From the NCBI GenBank assembly GCA_046290225.1, contig JBKAGE010000004.1, positions 17,035 to 81,034 of the forward strand: a stretch of DNA of 64,000 nt, in the 5' to 3' direction. Position 1 is the first letter of the stretch, and every line of letters starts with the position of its first letter. This document shows positions 18,660 through 29,428 of this stretch, in pieces. Below the pieces are notes generated by a model. It did no database searches, had not been told where the DNA came from, and saw nothing but the letters and a program-made list of their open reading frames with translations. Source of the DNA: Bradymonadia bacterium. Lineage in GTDB: Bacteria; Myxococcota_A; Bradymonadia; UBA7976; UBA1532. A program made the translations under genes and the position numbers.

Positions 18660-20479
18660 TGAAGTACACATCCATCGTAATCATCGCAGCGGGGATCGCA
18701 CTCTCTGGATGTGAGTCAACAGGACCACAAGGTGAGCCTGGTTCTACCGGGGAAGCTGGTCCGGCGGGCGAACAGGGACCTCGTGGAGAGCAAGGTCCAC
18801 AGGGTGAGCAAGGTGATCCTGGGGAGATCGGACCTGAAGGTCCCGAGGGTCCTAGAGGACCACAGGGCGAGCCTGGGGTTTCACCTGACTCTGGTGTCAT
18901 CGTGAACCCCGACGCAGAGGTGCCAGATGCAGAGGTGCCTGATGCGTCTATTCCATTCGAATGTCCGGACTGGACGCCACCCGCCATGATCGAGGGTGCG
19001 ATTGACTCGCGTGTGGATGTCCCAACAGGCCAGGCATGGCTCGGCTTCCGGACCGCTCGCGAAGAAGAGCGCATGTGGGAGGCATATCAGCCACAGCGCA
19101 TCGCTGAGAGATTCCGAATCGAACAGTCATGGATCGACAACGGATGCATCTCTGATGCTGAGTTGATCGGCCTGGGCCGCTCGATGTTCCTCCGGCAGTG
19201 GTCGGTGGAAGAAGGGTTGGGCAATGACCTCTCAGGCATTGATCCACTTGCAGGCCAGAAACCACGACCGAACTTCCGACGCTTTCAAGCAGGGGCTTTT
19301 GGTGGTCCGGACGCAAACGCGTGTGTGAACTGTCATTGGAAAGGCGGCTTCGCAGGTGCCGGTGATCGGGCAGACAATTCATTCTTGTTCGGTGATGGTG
19401 ATGATGCTCTTGTCCACGATCAGAGAAACCCACCCGCACTCTGGGGGGCGGGATGGATTCAGATCATCGCTGACGAGATGACAGGTGAGCTCCGAGAGAC
19501 CTATGACACCGCCATTGCGAGGGTGCAGGCTTCTGGTGAGCCTGAGCGTGTCGAGCTCTATGCAAAGGATGTATACTTTGGGGTGGTTGAGATCAGCGTA
19601 GATGAGCAGGGTGATCCAGTGAGTGACTTCACCGGGCTTGAGGGCGTTGATGCGGACCTCGTTGTGAAGCCCTTTGGCTGGAAGGGGAACTTCACCGACC
19701 TGCGTACCTTCGTTAAAGACAGTTTTCATGTGCACATGAACCTGCAAGCCGAAGAGCTCGTCCGCACACCAGATGAGTTCCTCCATCTTGGGCGTGGAGA
19801 TAACCCTGATGATCCCGACAATGATGGTGTGTTGAGAGAACTCACTGAGGGTCAAATCACGGCGATGGTCGCTTTCATCGCAACACTGGACACGCCTGAA
19901 ATACAGGTGCCGACGATCGCTGGCCAGTATGGGAATCCGCTTCTAGGTGATTTTGAGGCTGTGTATGGCTCGGAGTTCATCGATCGCTGGTTGGAAGGCG
20001 TCGATGTATTCGATGAACTGGGATGTTCCTATTGCCACCGTCCATTCATGGCAGTCTCCAGTTCCATCTGGAGGTCGAAGGGCCTGAGTGAGGGCAGTAC
20101 ACATATCGAGCTTGACCTGGCCATGCATGGTGCTGCACCCAAGCCAGAGCTCAACAATGATGGAGTGTGGTTGGTACCTGTGTTCTCCGATTTTAAGAGG
20201 CACCAGATGGGCAGTCACCTTGAGGCCCAACACGTAGATCGAGATGTTCCCACCTCAGACTATATGACGCGCAGACTCTGGGGGGTCGCCAACACAAAGC
20301 CCTACATGCACACTGGCTCTGCTACGACCTTCGGGGAAGCGATCGCTCTCCATGGTGGAGAGGGTAGTGAGGCGCAGCCCATGGCTCAGGCATTCTTCGA
20401 GCTTGATATGGGGCGGCGCGCGAGCCTGATGGTTTTCTTGGACTCTCTCCGACGAGCGCCAGCAATTCGGGTGAGGTAA
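18656..20479 (+). CDS. Di-heme oxidoreductase family lipoprotein with collagen-like stalk
   Basis: Lipobox LSGC; 18 Gly-X-Y triplets (18722-18883); CVNCH and [21 protein letters not shown]...PYMHTG; ATGA overlap with the upstream gene. Confidence 0.85.
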   Translation: MMKYTSIVIIAAGIALSGCESTGPQGEPGSTGEAGPAGEQGPRGEQGPQGEQGDPGEIGPEGPEGPRGPQGEPGVSPDSGVIVNPDAEVPDAEVPDASIPFECPDWTPPAMIEGAIDSRVDVPTGQAWLGFRTAREEERMWEAYQPQRIAERFRIEQSWIDNGCISDAELIGLGRSMFLRQWSVEEGLGNDLSGIDPLAGQKPRPNFRRFQAGAFGGPDANACVNCHWKGGFAGAGDRADNSFLFGDGDDALVHDQRNPPALWGAGWIQIIADEMTGELRETYDTAIARVQASGEPERVELYAKDVYFGVVEISVDEQGDPVSDFTGLEGVDADLVVKPFGWKGNFTDLRTFVKDSFHVHMNLQAEELVRTPDEFLHLGRGDNPDDPDNDGVLRELTEGQITAMVAFIATLDTPEIQVPTIAGQYGNPLLGDFEAVYGSEFIDRWLEGVDVFDELGCSYCHRPFMAVSSSIWRSKGLSEGSTHIELDLAMHGAAPKPELNNDGVWLVPVFSDFKRHQMGSHLEAQHVDRDVPTSDYMTRRLWGVANTKPYMHTGSATTFGEAIALHGGEGSEAQPMAQAFFELDMGRRASLMVFLDSLRRAPAIRVR

Positions 20480-20490
20480 GAAGTATAGGA

Positions 20491-22176
20491 TTATTGGGTA
20501 TGCGTGTTGCAGCCGGGGAAGAATGTTTGTAGTCCCTCTCGGTGGATGAGTTGGACTATGCCTTCGTGCTCGAGAGCATAAGGAGAGCTGAAACTGCCCA
20601 AGTTACTCAACACCGAGTCTGGCAGAGGTGTTACCCACGTCTGGCCATCAGGTTGCACAAATGTAAGGGTGTGTTCTTCCCATGAATCCTCAGGAGTCTC
20701 ATTGCTGCTGTACCCCCAAGAAATGAATGATAGATGCCGTTCTTTGCTATGTAAAACAGTCGTGTAGCCTCTCTGAGTATGTTCTTCATAACCAGAGTCT
20801 ACGAATGCCATGCCCTCAGAATCTATCTTGAGGAGCATAGGTCGGTTCCTGACCTCTCCAACAAAGTTCATAAACCCATCAACCAGAGTCCACTCCTCTG
20901 AAACATGCGTTTGTTTAGGCAGTATAATCATGGGGATGGTGTTCCTTTGACGGGCTTCAATGGAGTCATCTTCGTTAAGCGTATACTCAACCAGTGCTTG
21001 ACCTGCTGTATTGTTGACTCCTGCCGCTTCAAATACGACTCTACGTACTTCATCGTCCTTGTAAGCGGCGATTAGATGTCTGACTTTAAGTGTTCCCGGA
21101 CCATCAAATAGTTCAGGGGCATCTGCTTGAAATATACCAGGCAGAGCCATTGACTCAGACCACTCCAAGCCAAATGAGCCGATTTGGTAGTGTGTGTCTG
21201 AGGCAACCATGAGTTCGTTGCCATAGGTGATGATGTTTGTGGGGAATGTAGTGGACTGACGAGTAATACCCTCGAGGACAATGGTCTCTACGTTTCCGGT
21301 ATAGTCTATTTGGTGCAAGTTGGTGTCATCGAGAATGTAGAGGTGCTCTCCAAGCTTTGCAACAGTGGCCTGGCTGGGTTGGTATAGTCTGCCATCTACA
21401 ATCGGGCGGCCTTGTTCTAGAAGATTGGAAGGGTCGTGTGACCATGAAAAATAGATTTGTCCATTCAGGTGCCAGAGCGCAACAAAGCCGCCCGCGAGTG
21501 TATCGTATCTCAGGTCGGGGTAGTCTTCGTGGGCTGTCCAGCCTGTATCAATGGGCGGACCCACCAGTGTCGGCACCTCATCCACTTCGCCATCACAGTC
21601 ATTGTCCAGGCCATCACACAGCTCATCCACCGGCTGCTCCACCAGCCCGCACACCAGTACCCCCGCCTCGCATACCGTCTGCCCGGAGGCACACGCACCG
21701 CTCAGCCCCGTCTCGCACGCAGCTCCAGCGCCCGGTGCCCCTTCATCCACCTCGCCATCACAGTCATCATCCGCCCCATTGCACACCTCCGGGCTCTCAC
21801 CCAGCGGCTCGCATACGCCCCAAGCATCACCCTCACACGTCTGCTCGCCCAGCGTACAGTTCCCTAGAGCAAGCTCGCAGGTACGAACCGCACCATCCGC
21901 ACACTCACCCATGTCGGGCAGGGCCGCATCTGCCATCCCCAGATCCGGAATCTCCCCATCAGGAGACTCACCTTCGATACCCCCCATGCCCCCAGCGGAG
22001 CCACCCGCCTCGCCGCCCAAGCCCCCCATCATCACATCCGCATCTACCTGATCCTGACAAAAGCGGTGCTCTGGCGAGGACGCGCAGTCGATCTGCACCG
22101 TCGTGGGCCCTTCGAAACAGCCCACCAGCCCCAGCACCAACCCGCCCACAGCCCACCTGCAACCCATCAGCTTCAT
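20491..22176 (-). CDS. Lipoprotein with MopE-type Cys/Asp repeats and an unknown C-terminal beta-rich domain
   Basis: GGAG before ATG 22176; lipobox LVGC; EVCNGADDDCDGEVDE and ELCDGLDNDCDGEVDE repeats. The extension to 23844 in the ORF track is antisense shadow of pyc. Confidence 0.85.
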   Translation of the reverse strand: MKLMGCRWAVGGLVLGLVGCFEGPTTVQIDCASSPEHRFCQDQVDADVMMGGLGGEAGGSAGGMGGIEGESPDGEIPDLGMADAALPDMGECADGAVRTCELALGNCTLGEQTCEGDAWGVCEPLGESPEVCNGADDDCDGEVDEGAPGAGAACETGLSGACASGQTVCEAGVLVCGLVEQPVDELCDGLDNDCDGEVDEVPTLVGPPIDTGWTAHEDYPDLRYDTLAGGFVALWHLNGQIYFSWSHDPSNLLEQGRPIVDGRLYQPSQATVAKLGEHLYILDDTNLHQIDYTGNVETIVLEGITRQSTTFPTNIITYGNELMVASDTHYQIGSFGLEWSESMALPGIFQADAPELFDGPGTLKVRHLIAAYKDDEVRRVVFEAAGVNNTAGQALVEYTLNEDDSIEARQRNTIPMIILPKQTHVSEEWTLVDGFMNFVGEVRNRPMLLKIDSEGMAFVDSGYEEHTQRGYTTVLHSKERHLSFISWGYSSNETPEDSWEEHTLTFVQPDGQTWVTPLPDSVLSNLGSFSSPYALEHEGIVQLIHREGLQTFFPGCNTHTQ

Positions 22177-22491
22177 TATATTCTCCATCAGGGCATCCTG
22201 GTACCCCAGCTGCGTCATCAAATACCGGTACACCGCAGCCAAAAAAACCCTTCCACAAAAATCCGAACGACCCACCTCCATCTCGACTCCAAGCACCACC
22301 CACATCAGGCCCGGAGGGCGGAGCGCCGGAGGCTCCAGATTTCGTTGGCAGGTTGGTGAGGCGTGGTACATAAGTGCTGCGGTGACCGCAGGCGATGCTG
22401 GAAGCATCGTCGAGGACAGCGAAGCGCTTAGGTGCCGCGGATCGCCGACCTGACGACGGAAGATGGAACCGTAGGCGCGGAGCAAAAGAGC

Positions 22492-25400
22492 ATGAGGAAA
22501 ATTCTCGCGGCCAACCGAGGGGAGATCGCCATTCGGATCTTCCGGGCGTGTACCGAGTTGGGCATACGGACCGTGGCCATCTACAGCCACGAAGACGAAC
22601 TCTCCATCCATCGGTACAAGGCCGACGAGGCCTACCTTGTCGGTGAGCCAGGCGATCCAGTGGGATCGTACCTCGACCAGGAAGCCATCATCGAGCTCGC
22701 CTTGCGGCGTGAGGTCGACGCCATCCACCCTGGATATGGTTTCCTCAGCGAGAATGCAGAGTTCGCCAGGCGGTGCGCCGAGGCTGGCATCACCTTCATC
22801 GGGCCCAAGCCCGAAGTCCTCGAGATGCTCGGCGACAAGGTCTCCGCGCGAAAGCTCGCCCAGAAGGCCAACGTGCCCGTGGTGCCGGGCACTGAGGAGC
22901 CCGTCAGCAGCGCTCAGGCGGTCAAAGACTTCGCCGATGCCTATGGCTACCCGTTGATGCTCAAGGCTGCGTTTGGCGGTGGTGGGCGGGGCATGCGGAT
23001 TCTGCGAGGCCCCGAAGACGTCGAAGAGTCCTTCGAGCGCGCCTTCAGCGAAGCCAGGGCTGCCTTTGGGCGGGGTGATCTCTTCGTCGAGAAGCTCGTC
23101 GAGCACCCGCGGCACATCGAGATACAGTTGCTCGGTGACCAGCATGGCAACTGCGTGCATCTGTTCGAGCGGGACTGCTCCATTCAGCGGCGGCATCAGA
23201 AAGTCATCGAGGTCGCGCCTGCCGTCGATCTCGGCGCCGCGTTGCGTCAGAACCTGTTCGATGCTGCGCTGCGGATCGCCCAGGCCAGTGGATACACCAA
23301 CGCCGGCACCGTGGAGTTCCTCGTCGACCCCGAGGGCAACTACTACTTCATCGAGGTCAACCCGCGGCTGCAGGTGGAGCACACCATCACCGAGTGCATC
23401 ACCGGGCGCGATCTCGTCCAGGCGCAGATACGCGTCGCCGAGGGCAAGCGGCTGAGCGATCCCGAGATCAACATCCCCAACCAGGCCGCCATCAGCGCTC
23501 GGGGCTATGCCATTCAGTGTCGGATCACCACCGAAGATCCCGAGAACAACTTCGCCCCCAGCACCGGGAAGATCAGAGCGTATCGATCCGCAGCGGGCTT
23601 CGGCATTCGCCTCGACGCTGGCATTGGTGGAGCAGGCACCCTCATCCGGGCCGACTATGATCCGTTGCTGGTAAAGCAGATCGCCTGGGGGCTCACCTTC
23701 AGAGAAGCCGCCGCCAAGTCGAGGCGGGCGCTGAGCGAGTTCCGGGTTCGGGGGGTCAAGACCAACATCCCGTTCCTCGAGAAGGCCGTCCAGCACGACG
23801 AGTTCCTCACCGGTAAAGCCGACACGGGCTTCATCGGACGGCACCCCGAGCTGTTGCAGATCCCGAGGCGCAAGGATCGAGGCACCAAGACTCTCAAGGC
23901 TCTTGCCAATGTCATCGTCAATGGCCCGCCCGGCGCCGACGAGAAGTTCACGCGGCCTCAGGATCTATTCCCGGCGAAAGTGCCGGCGCTGCCCGAAGGC
24001 CTCGGTCACTGGGCCCCCGAAGACGGAGGCGCCATGGCCGTGTTCAGAGAGCACGGCGCCGATGGGCTGTCCAAATGGATGCTTGAGCAGAAGCAGGTGC
24101 TCGTCACCGACACCACCTTCCGCGATGCCCACCAGTCTCTGCTCGCCACCCGGGTTCGGACCGTGGACATGCAGGCCGTGGCCCGGCCGACGGCTGCATT
24201 GCTGCCTGATCTCTTCAGCGTGGAGATGTGGGGTGGGGCCACTTATGACGTCTCCTACCGGTTCTTGCGAGAAGATCCATGGGAGCGGCTCGCCAAGCTG
24301 CGGGTGGAGATGCCCAATGTGCTCCTGCAGATGCTGCTGCGCGGCGCAAACGCAGTGGGGTACACCAATTACCCCGACAACGTCGTGCGGCGGTTCATCC
24401 GAGAGGCGGCGCGGCAGGGCATCGATCTGTTCCGCATCTTCGACGCCCTGAACTGGGTGCCGAACATGGAGCTCGCCATGGAGGAGGTCGCCGCCGCCGG
24501 CAAGATCGTGGAGGCGTGCCTCTGCTACACCGGTGACATCAGCGATCCCAATCGCAGTAAGTACACCCTCGACTACTATGTGAAGCTCGGGCAGCGCCTC
24601 GCCGAGCGTGGGGCTCATATCCTGGCCATCAAAGACATGGCCGGGCTGCTCAAGCCCGCCGCCGCCCGCATGCTCATCAAGGCCCTCAAAGAAGAGATCG
24701 GCCTGCCCGTGCATCTGCACACCCACGACACCAGCGGCAACGGCATCGCCATGTACCTCGCTGCCGTCGAGGCTGGGGTCGATGCCGTCGATCTCGCCAT
24801 CTCCAGCGTCTCCGGGCTCACCAGCCAGCCCTCGATGAACGCCTTCTGCGAGGCCCTCACCGGCCACGAACGTAACCCCGAGCTCGATCTGCCCACTTTG
24901 CAGAAGTTCGCCGACTACTGGGAGGCGGTGCGTGTGGCCTACGGGCCCTTCGAGTCGGGCCTCAAAGCCAGCACCTCCGAGGTCTACTGGCATGAGATCC
25001 CCGGGGGGCAGTACTCCAACCTGCGGCCGCGGGCCATCAAGCTCGGCCTCGGCGAGCGGTGGGGCGAGATCAAGGCGCGCTATCGTGAGGTCAACCTCGC
25101 CCTGGGCGATCTCGTGAAGGTGACCCCCAGCAGCAAGGTGGTGGCTGACTTCGCCATGTTCCTGGTGCAGAACGATCTCACCGTGGAGCAGGCCATCGAG
25201 CAGGCCGAGCGGCTCGACTTCCCGCAGTCGGTCATCGACTTCTTGTCGGGGCGTATGGGGCAGCCCCACGGCGGGTTCCCCGAGCGGCTGCAGAAGGCCG
25301 TGCTCAAGGGCCAGCCTGTGCTCACCACCCGGCCCGGCGAGAGCTTGCCCGATCACGACTTCGACGCCGCTTCGGCGCGCCTGAGCGAGCGGCTCGAGCG

Positions 25401-25947
25401 GCCCGCCCGGGAGCACGAGCTCGTCACCGACGCGCTCTATCCCAAGGTGTATGCCGACTACCTCGACTTCGAAGACACCTTTGGCGACGTGAGCACCATG
25501 CCCACCTCAGTCTATCTCTATGGCCTCGATCTCGGTGAAGCCACCCGGGTGGAGATCGAGCAGGGCAAGACGCTGATGGTGAAGCTGATGGCCGTCGGCG
25601 GGCTCACCGATGATGGTCAGCGGATGGTGTACTTCGAACTGAATGGTCAGCCACGAGAGGTGGCCATCCGCGATCTCGGCGCCGAGGTCGACGCCTCGGT
25701 GCGGCCCGTCGCCGATCCGAGAGATCCCCATCAGGTGGCGGCGAGCATGCCCGGCAAGGTGGTCCGTGTGGACTGTGCCGTGGGTGATGTCGTCGAGGCG
25801 GGCCAGACCCTCGTCGTGGCGGAAGCCATGAAGATGGAGACGGCCATCTCAGCCACCGTGGCCGGCGTGGTCGATGAAGTGCTGGTGCGGGTGGGGGATG
25901 CCCTGGGCGCCGGTGAGCTGGTGGTACGGACGCGCCCGGTGGAGTGA
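22492..25947 (+). CDS. pyc: Pyruvate carboxylase (single chain)
   Basis: ANRGEIA, RDCSIQRRHQK, RDAHQSLLATR, IKDMAGL, HLHTHDT and biotin site AMKM. Confidence 0.98.
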   Translation: MRKILAANRGEIAIRIFRACTELGIRTVAIYSHEDELSIHRYKADEAYLVGEPGDPVGSYLDQEAIIELALRREVDAIHPGYGFLSENAEFARRCAEAGITFIGPKPEVLEMLGDKVSARKLAQKANVPVVPGTEEPVSSAQAVKDFADAYGYPLMLKAAFGGGGRGMRILRGPEDVEESFERAFSEARAAFGRGDLFVEKLVEHPRHIEIQLLGDQHGNCVHLFERDCSIQRRHQKVIEVAPAVDLGAALRQNLFDAALRIAQASGYTNAGTVEFLVDPEGNYYFIEVNPRLQVEHTITECITGRDLVQAQIRVAEGKRLSDPEINIPNQAAISARGYAIQCRITTEDPENNFAPSTGKIRAYRSAAGFGIRLDAGIGGAGTLIRADYDPLLVKQIAWGLTFREAAAKSRRALSEFRVRGVKTNIPFLEKAVQHDEFLTGKADTGFIGRHPELLQIPRRKDRGTKTLKALANVIVNGPPGADEKFTRPQDLFPAKVPALPEGLGHWAPEDGGAMAVFREHGADGLSKWMLEQKQVLVTDTTFRDAHQSLLATRVRTVDMQAVARPTAALLPDLFSVEMWGGATYDVSYRFLREDPWERLAKLRVEMPNVLLQMLLRGANAVGYTNYPDNVVRRFIREAARQGIDLFRIFDALNWVPNMELAMEEVAAAGKIVEACLCYTGDISDPNRSKYTLDYYVKLGQRLAERGAHILAIKDMAGLLKPAAARMLIKALKEEIGLPVHLHTHDTSGNGIAMYLAAVEAGVDAVDLAISSVSGLTSQPSMNAFCEALTGHERNPELDLPTLQKFADYWEAVRVAYGPFESGLKASTSEVYWHEIPGGQYSNLRPRAIKLGLGERWGEIKARYREVNLALGDLVKVTPSSKVVADFAMFLVQNDLTVEQAIEQAERLDFPQSVIDFLSGRMGQPHGGFPERLQKAVLKGQPVLTTRPGESLPDHDFDAASARLSERLERPAREHELVTDALYPKVYADYLDFEDTFGDVSTMPTSVYLYGLDLGEATRVEIEQGKTLMVKLMAVGGLTDDGQRMVYFELNGQPREVAIRDLGAEVDASVRPVADPRDPHQVAASMPGKVVRVDCAVGDVVEAGQTLVVAEAMKMETAISATVAGVVDEVLVRVGDALGAGELVVRTRPVE

Positions 25948-25960
25948 GGGCAGGGTACGA

Positions 25961-26332
25961 TCAGCCCTCGATGTCACCACCGATGGCTTCGGGGCCGGTG
26001 ATGCCATCTCGGATCCGGATACAGTCCATCATCTCGACGACGAAGATCTTGCCGTCGCCGATCTGACCTTTGCCGTCGGGGCCAGAACGCGCCCCAGCAG
26101 TGATGGCCTGGACGGTGCGGGCCACGAAAGCCTCGTTCACCGCCACCTCGACGCGGACTTTGTGCAGCAGGTTGACCTCTTCGGCCACCCCCCGCCATGT
26201 TTCGGTGTAGCCCTGCTGCTGGCCGCAGCCCAGGGCGTTGGTCACGGACATGCGCCCCACCTCGGCCTTCACCAGCTCGGCTTTGACAGCGTTGAGGCTC
26301 TCGGGGCGGATGTAGGCGATGATCAGCTTCAT
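25961..26332 (-). CDS. glnK: PII nitrogen regulatory protein (GlnK-like by position)
   Basis: MKLIIAYIRP, G.GQQQG, IGDGKIFV and IRIR motifs; directly downstream of amtB. Confidence 0.9.
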   Translation of the reverse strand: MKLIIAYIRPESLNAVKAELVKAEVGRMSVTNALGCGQQQGYTETWRGVAEEVNLLHKVRVEVAVNEAFVARTVQAITAGARSGPDGKGQIGDGKIFVVEMMDCIRIRDGITGPEAIGGDIEG

Positions 26333-26369
26333 GGCGTGCGCTCCTCAGAGGGCAGGTTTCGATCGTCGC

Positions 26370-27725
26370 TCACTGGTTCGTGAACACCTGGAAGCCGTGG
26401 TAGGCCTCCATCCCGTGCTCCTCGATGTCCAGGCCGCGGGCCTCCTCCTCTTCAGTCACTCGCAAGCCCACGGTGGCCTTGATGGTGCCGAAGAGCACCA
26501 GCGACGTGGCTACGGTCCAGCCGAAGACCGCCGCGACACCGATGGCCTGAGTGATCAGCAGGCTGGCGCCGCCGCCGAAGAGCAGCCCGCTGGCGCCGCC
26601 GCTGTACGCTGCCTCGGCGAAGAGGCCCACGGAGAGGGTGCCAAAGGCGCCGCAGACGCCATGGACGGCGATGGCCCCCACGGGATCGTCGATGCGCAGC
26701 TTCTGATCAAAGAACTGCACGGCGAAGACCACGATGACGCCACACAGCAGGCCGATGAGGATGGCGCTCGTGGGTGAGACGGCATTGCAGCCAGCGGTGA
26801 TGCCTACGAGGCCCGCGAGGGCGCCGTTGAGGGTCATCGAGGTGTCAGGCTTCTTGAACTTGATCCAGGTGACCACCATGGTGGCGACAGCGCCGGCGGC
26901 GCCAGAAAGCAGGGTGGTGACGGCGATGGCGGGGATGGTTGCGTCGGTGCCGGAGACGGTGGAGCCGGCGTTGAAGCCGAACCAGCCGAAGAACAGGATG
27001 AAGACCCCCAGCGCCCCCATGGGGATGTTGTGACCGGGGATGGCGCGGCTGATGTACTTGCCGTCTCGGGTCTTGAGGTATTTGCCGTGCCGGGGCCCCA
27101 GCATCCAGCAGCCCACGAGGCCGGCCCAGGCGCCCACGGAGTGCACCACTGTGGAGCCGGCGAAGTCCATGAAGCCGAGGCTCGCGAGCCAGCCGTCACC
27201 GTTCCAGGCCCAGTGGCCCACCACCGGGTAGATGAGGGCGGTGAGCACCACGCTGTAGAGCATGTAGCTGCTGAACTTGGTCCGCTCCGCCATGGTGCCC
27301 GAGGCGATGGTGGCGGCGGTGGCGGCGAACATCGCCTGAAACAGGAAATACGCCAGCTGGTAGGGGGTGTCGGCCTTGTCCTGAGTGAAGCTCGACAGCA
27401 TGAAGTTGTCGCTGCCGATGAAGCCTCCAGCGCTGGTGCCGAACATCAGCCCGAAGCCCACCAGGAAGAACATGATGGCCCCGACAGAGAGGTCCATGAG
27501 GTTCTTCATGACGATGTTGCAGGCGTTCTTGGCCCGGGTGAAGCCCGCCTCCACCATGGCGAAGCCCGCCTGCATGAAGAAGACGAGCACAGCGGCGACG
27601 AGCACCCACAAGATGTCCAGTGCTGTGGCGTTCGATGCGGGTGTGGCGTCACCCGCGAGGGCGGCGGCAGGGGTGAGCAGCGTGGCTGCGAGGGCGAGGT
27701 TGGCTTTGAAAACCGGGGTACGCAC
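26370..27725 (-). CDS. amtB: Ammonium transporter
   Basis: FFMQAGFAMVEAG, DFAGSTVVH, FGWFGFNAGS, IDDPVGAIAVHG. Confidence 0.98.
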   Translation of the reverse strand: MRTPVFKANLALAATLLTPAAALAGDATPASNATALDILWVLVAAVLVFFMQAGFAMVEAGFTRAKNACNIVMKNLMDLSVGAIMFFLVGFGLMFGTSAGGFIGSDNFMLSSFTQDKADTPYQLAYFLFQAMFAATAATIASGTMAERTKFSSYMLYSVVLTALIYPVVGHWAWNGDGWLASLGFMDFAGSTVVHSVGAWAGLVGCWMLGPRHGKYLKTRDGKYISRAIPGHNIPMGALGVFILFFGWFGFNAGSTVSGTDATIPAIAVTTLLSGAAGAVATMVVTWIKFKKPDTSMTLNGALAGLVGITAGCNAVSPTSAILIGLLCGVIVVFAVQFFDQKLRIDDPVGAIAVHGVCGAFGTLSVGLFAEAAYSGGASGLLFGGGASLLITQAIGVAAVFGWTVATSLVLFGTIKATVGLRVTEEEEARGLDIEEHGMEAYHGFQVFTNQ

Positions 27726-27770
27726 GGTGACTCTCGTTTCACTTGAGCAGTGGGTCCACCGCCACCCATT

Positions 27771-27787
27771 GGCAAGGGGTGGGCCAA
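27771..27787 (-). promoter_or_regulatory. Sigma54 (-24/-12) promoter of amtB-glnK
   Basis: Minus strand TTGGCCCACCCCTTGCC has exact GG-N10-GC spacing, ~45 nt upstream of the amtB start. Confidence 0.8.
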
Positions 27788-27853
27788 GCTGTGTAAGTCA
27801 CCGAGATTACGATTGATTGATTGTGGTGTGGGGTGGTGTGGGTGATGGTTTGG

Positions 27854-27963
27854 CTACATTTTTGTAGGATGTTGCCTAGGGGGTACATTTTCGTGGGTTT
27901 TGAAAAGAGCCTTTTGATAACCGATGTGTTGTGTAGAGAAATGGATCTTTACAGAAGTAAATC

Positions 27964-27977
<14 letters not shown>
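27854..27977. promoter_or_regulatory. Three copies of a 14-bp quasi-palindromic enhancer-like motif
   Basis: CTACATTTTTGTAG (27854-27867), GTACATTTTCGTGG (27883-27896) and CTACGAAAATGTAC (27964-27977, reverse complement GTACATTTTCGTAG). Confidence 0.7.
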
Positions 27978-29427
<1,450 letters not shown>

Positions 29428-29428
29428 G

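Noticed and set aside
22200..22220. ACCCCAGCTG similarity to the reverse complement of ~39200-39216
   Set aside because: Too short to distinguish from chance in GC-rich DNA.
22177..23844. N-terminal half of the 1117-aa ORF in the track
   Set aside because: Antisense shadow of pyc; the real gene has its own SD, ATG and lipobox at 22176.
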